From Parcubacteria group bacterium (GTDB taxonomy: Bacteria > Patescibacteriota > Minisyncoccia > JACPHC01): a stretch of 64,000 bases of DNA. The notes beneath the pieces were generated by a model that was given only the letters and a program-made list of their open reading frames with translations, was not told the DNA's origin and searched no databases. Both the position numbers and the translations under genes were made by a program. The DNA lies in assembly GCA_016188775.1 (NCBI GenBank), contig JACPHC010000004.1, forward strand, positions 12,704-76,703, given 5' to 3'. This document shows, in pieces, positions 62,338 through 64,000 of the stretch. Position 1 is the first letter of the stretch, and each line of letters opens with the position of its first letter.

Positions 62338-63159
62338 TTAAAATCTGATATATTTATTCCAATATTCATAAAGCTCTTTAGTGGCGCGAAGATCGCCGAC
62401 ATTATAACGGGCGATATCCAAAAATTTTTTCTCTTGGAAAAGTCGGCCGATATCGTCGCCGGTCACGCCGGAAGTTTTCGGACTTTTAATGCCAAAAAAC
62501 CGGCTCCAAAGATGAAGATTCCCCTTTTTTCTAACCGCGCCGTAAAAAGAGAGCTGATCCAATAAATCAACATGTGAGGCGCCGAATTTTTGAAGAGATA
62601 AATAACGATTGGACATCAAATCTTTGGACGGCCGAATTTTGTGCAGAGCGGATCTGGCCATTAAAAACGGGACATCGAATCCCCGGCCGTTAAAACTGAT
62701 AAATTCCTGATATTGGACAATGCCCCGCCAAAAATTTTCCAGCATTTCTTTTTCCGTCACTGGTTTAAATTTAATCCCGTCTTCTTCGAATTCTTTTATT
62801 TCTTCTCCGGAAGTTTGTCCCATACCAGAACTTCGTTCGGTACGGGACTGCGCCGATTTCTCTTTAAACGCGATGCCCTCTTTTCCATTTGAAATTAATT
62901 CTTTTACAAGTTCTTGATTCGGGGCTTGAAAATAAACCGTTCCCTGATTTTTTTCGTAATCCAAAACGCCAATGGCGACAATCTCTCCGGTCAACGGAGA
63001 AAAACCCAAGCCGTTTTTTAAATCCGCCAGGGCTGTTTCATATTCTTCTTCATTATAGGCCTCCTTTTTAATCCAGCGCGTCAGAACTTCTTGAGTCGAT
63101 TTGTCAAAAGCGTCAAAATCCGCGCCGATCGTTTCAATATCAAAAATAAGTTTACTCAT
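62338..63159 (-). CDS. PolB-related 3'-5' exonuclease (DEDD/RNase H-like)
   Basis: FDIET (ExoI), SFNGRGFDVPFL (ExoII), HVDLLD, YNVGD (ExoIII). Confidence 0.88.
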   Translation of the reverse strand: MSKLIFDIETIGADFDAFDKSTQEVLTRWIKKEAYNEEEYETALADLKNGLGFSPLTGEIVAIGVLDYEKNQGTVYFQAPNQELVKELISNGKEGIAFKEKSAQSRTERSSGMGQTSGEEIKEFEEDGIKFKPVTEKEMLENFWRGIVQYQEFISFNGRGFDVPFLMARSALHKIRPSKDLMSNRYLSLQKFGASHVDLLDQLSFYGAVRKKGNLHLWSRFFGIKSPKTSGVTGDDIGRLFQEKKFLDIARYNVGDLRATKELYEYWNKYIRF

Positions 63160-63217
63160 AATTTTATTATATTATATCAATTAATAAAAAATAACAAAAC
63201 TATTTATATTTTCTTTT

Positions 63218-63259
63218 ATTTTACATATTTTCAAACGATCGTTTGAAAATATGTAAAAT
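63218..63259. repeat. ACGATCGT-core palindrome, copy 7 (perfect, 42 bp)
   Basis: attttacatattttcaaacga|tcgtttgaaaatatgtaaaat. Confidence 0.95.
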
Positions 63260-63312
63260 TTAAAATTTTATAATCTTTCTAATGATTGTTAAAAAATGTT
63301 AAATTAATTTTA

Positions 63313-63999
63313 TTAAAATAATGATTGCAATTCATTATTATTTTCCGGCAGACAAATTTGGCAAGTTTCGCATAAAGTTTTATCAACTCGCCAGGCCAGT
63401 ATCGCTTTGCTAATCGGCAAAATTGAAAGAAAATAGCGCAAATCGGCCAAACGGCGAAGCAGCCAACCCCAACGTCCGTAAATAGCTATTCCGTCAATCA
63501 AAGTCACGGCCCATCCCGGACCAATCGGAATTGAATAATACGGTTTTTGAGGCTGATAATTTGCCAATTTTTTATCTTGAAGAAGCGAGGCGATATGGCG
63601 AGCGACAAATTTTCCGTCATAAGAGGCAGTTTGAGCCATTCCGGCATGCAAGGTTGAAGCGCTATCGCCAATGATAAAAATATTTTCCAAGCCTTGAGCC
63701 CTCAAATAATCGTCAACTAAAATTCGGCCTTTTTTATCAAATTTGAATTCGCTAATTTTTTTATAAAGAGAGTTCGGTTGCACCCCGGCGGTCCAAATCA
63801 CCGTGTTAGAGAACAAAGTCATTCCGCGCACTTCCACCTTGCTTAATTTTTCGGCGATAATCGGCCGATTGGTAAAAATATTAATACCCAAACTCCGCAG
63901 CCGTTTTTCAATTTTTGCCGAAATTGCCGAGGGAAAAACCGGCATCACTCGTCCCGCTCCTTCAATTAAATCAATGGTTATAAGCGACGAATCGACTTG
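63313..63999 (-). CDS. FAD-dependent oxidoreductase, type II NADH dehydrogenase-like (5' end outside the window)
   Basis: Frame open to the window edge (..ITIDLIEGAGRVMP); VIWTAGV, NIFIIGD, AQTASYDG. Confidence 0.85.
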   Translation of the reverse strand, partial: QVDSSLITIDLIEGAGRVMPVFPSAISAKIEKRLRSLGINIFTNRPIIAEKLSKVEVRGMTLFSNTVIWTAGVQPNSLYKKISEFKFDKKGRILVDDYLRAQGLENIFIIGDSASTLHAGMAQTASYDGKFVARHIASLLQDKKLANYQPQKPYYSIPIGPGWAVTLIDGIAIYGRWGWLLRRLADLRYFLSILPISKAILAWRVDKTLCETCQICLPENNNELQSLF

Positions 64000-64000
64000 A

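Overview
AT-rich bacterial chromosomal window read in the standard code, most consistent with Patescibacteria/CPR (Parcubacteria-like). This is an inference from the stand-alone rpoBC, multiple type IV pilus loci, a DUF5667-like protein and a PaaX/Cas2-like gene. 1-24.5 kb holds two type IV pilus/secretion clusters (each pilB-pilC plus pilins), separated by an O-antigen-ligase/TPR gene. The first cluster ends in a 1896-aa Cys-rich surface protein and is interrupted by toxin-antitoxin genes, coiled-coil microproteins and a PaaX/Cas2-like gene. A two-component pair and ftsH follow. Next is a ~4.2-kb island at the 3' end of tRNA-Ser(GGA): a broken large serine recombinase beside a five-gene cassette bounded by long inverted repeats. 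The right half is mostly housekeeping (htpX, lemA, groEL/ES with CIRCE, rpsF-ssb-rpsR, recA, ftsK, rpoC, rpoB) plus a GH39-like protein, a 3'-5' exonuclease and a partial NDH-2. The intergenic DNA carries several palindrome families. Best candidates for undescribed biology: (1) seven TACA-N8/9-ACGATCGT-N8/9-TGTA palindromes, two of which bracket the CRISPR-less PaaX/Cas2-like gene; (2) the IR-bounded cassette/recombinase/tRNA island; (3) short hairpin-associated duplications giving alternative protein segments in htpX and the exonuclease. All calls are from motif recognition by eye; no searches were run.
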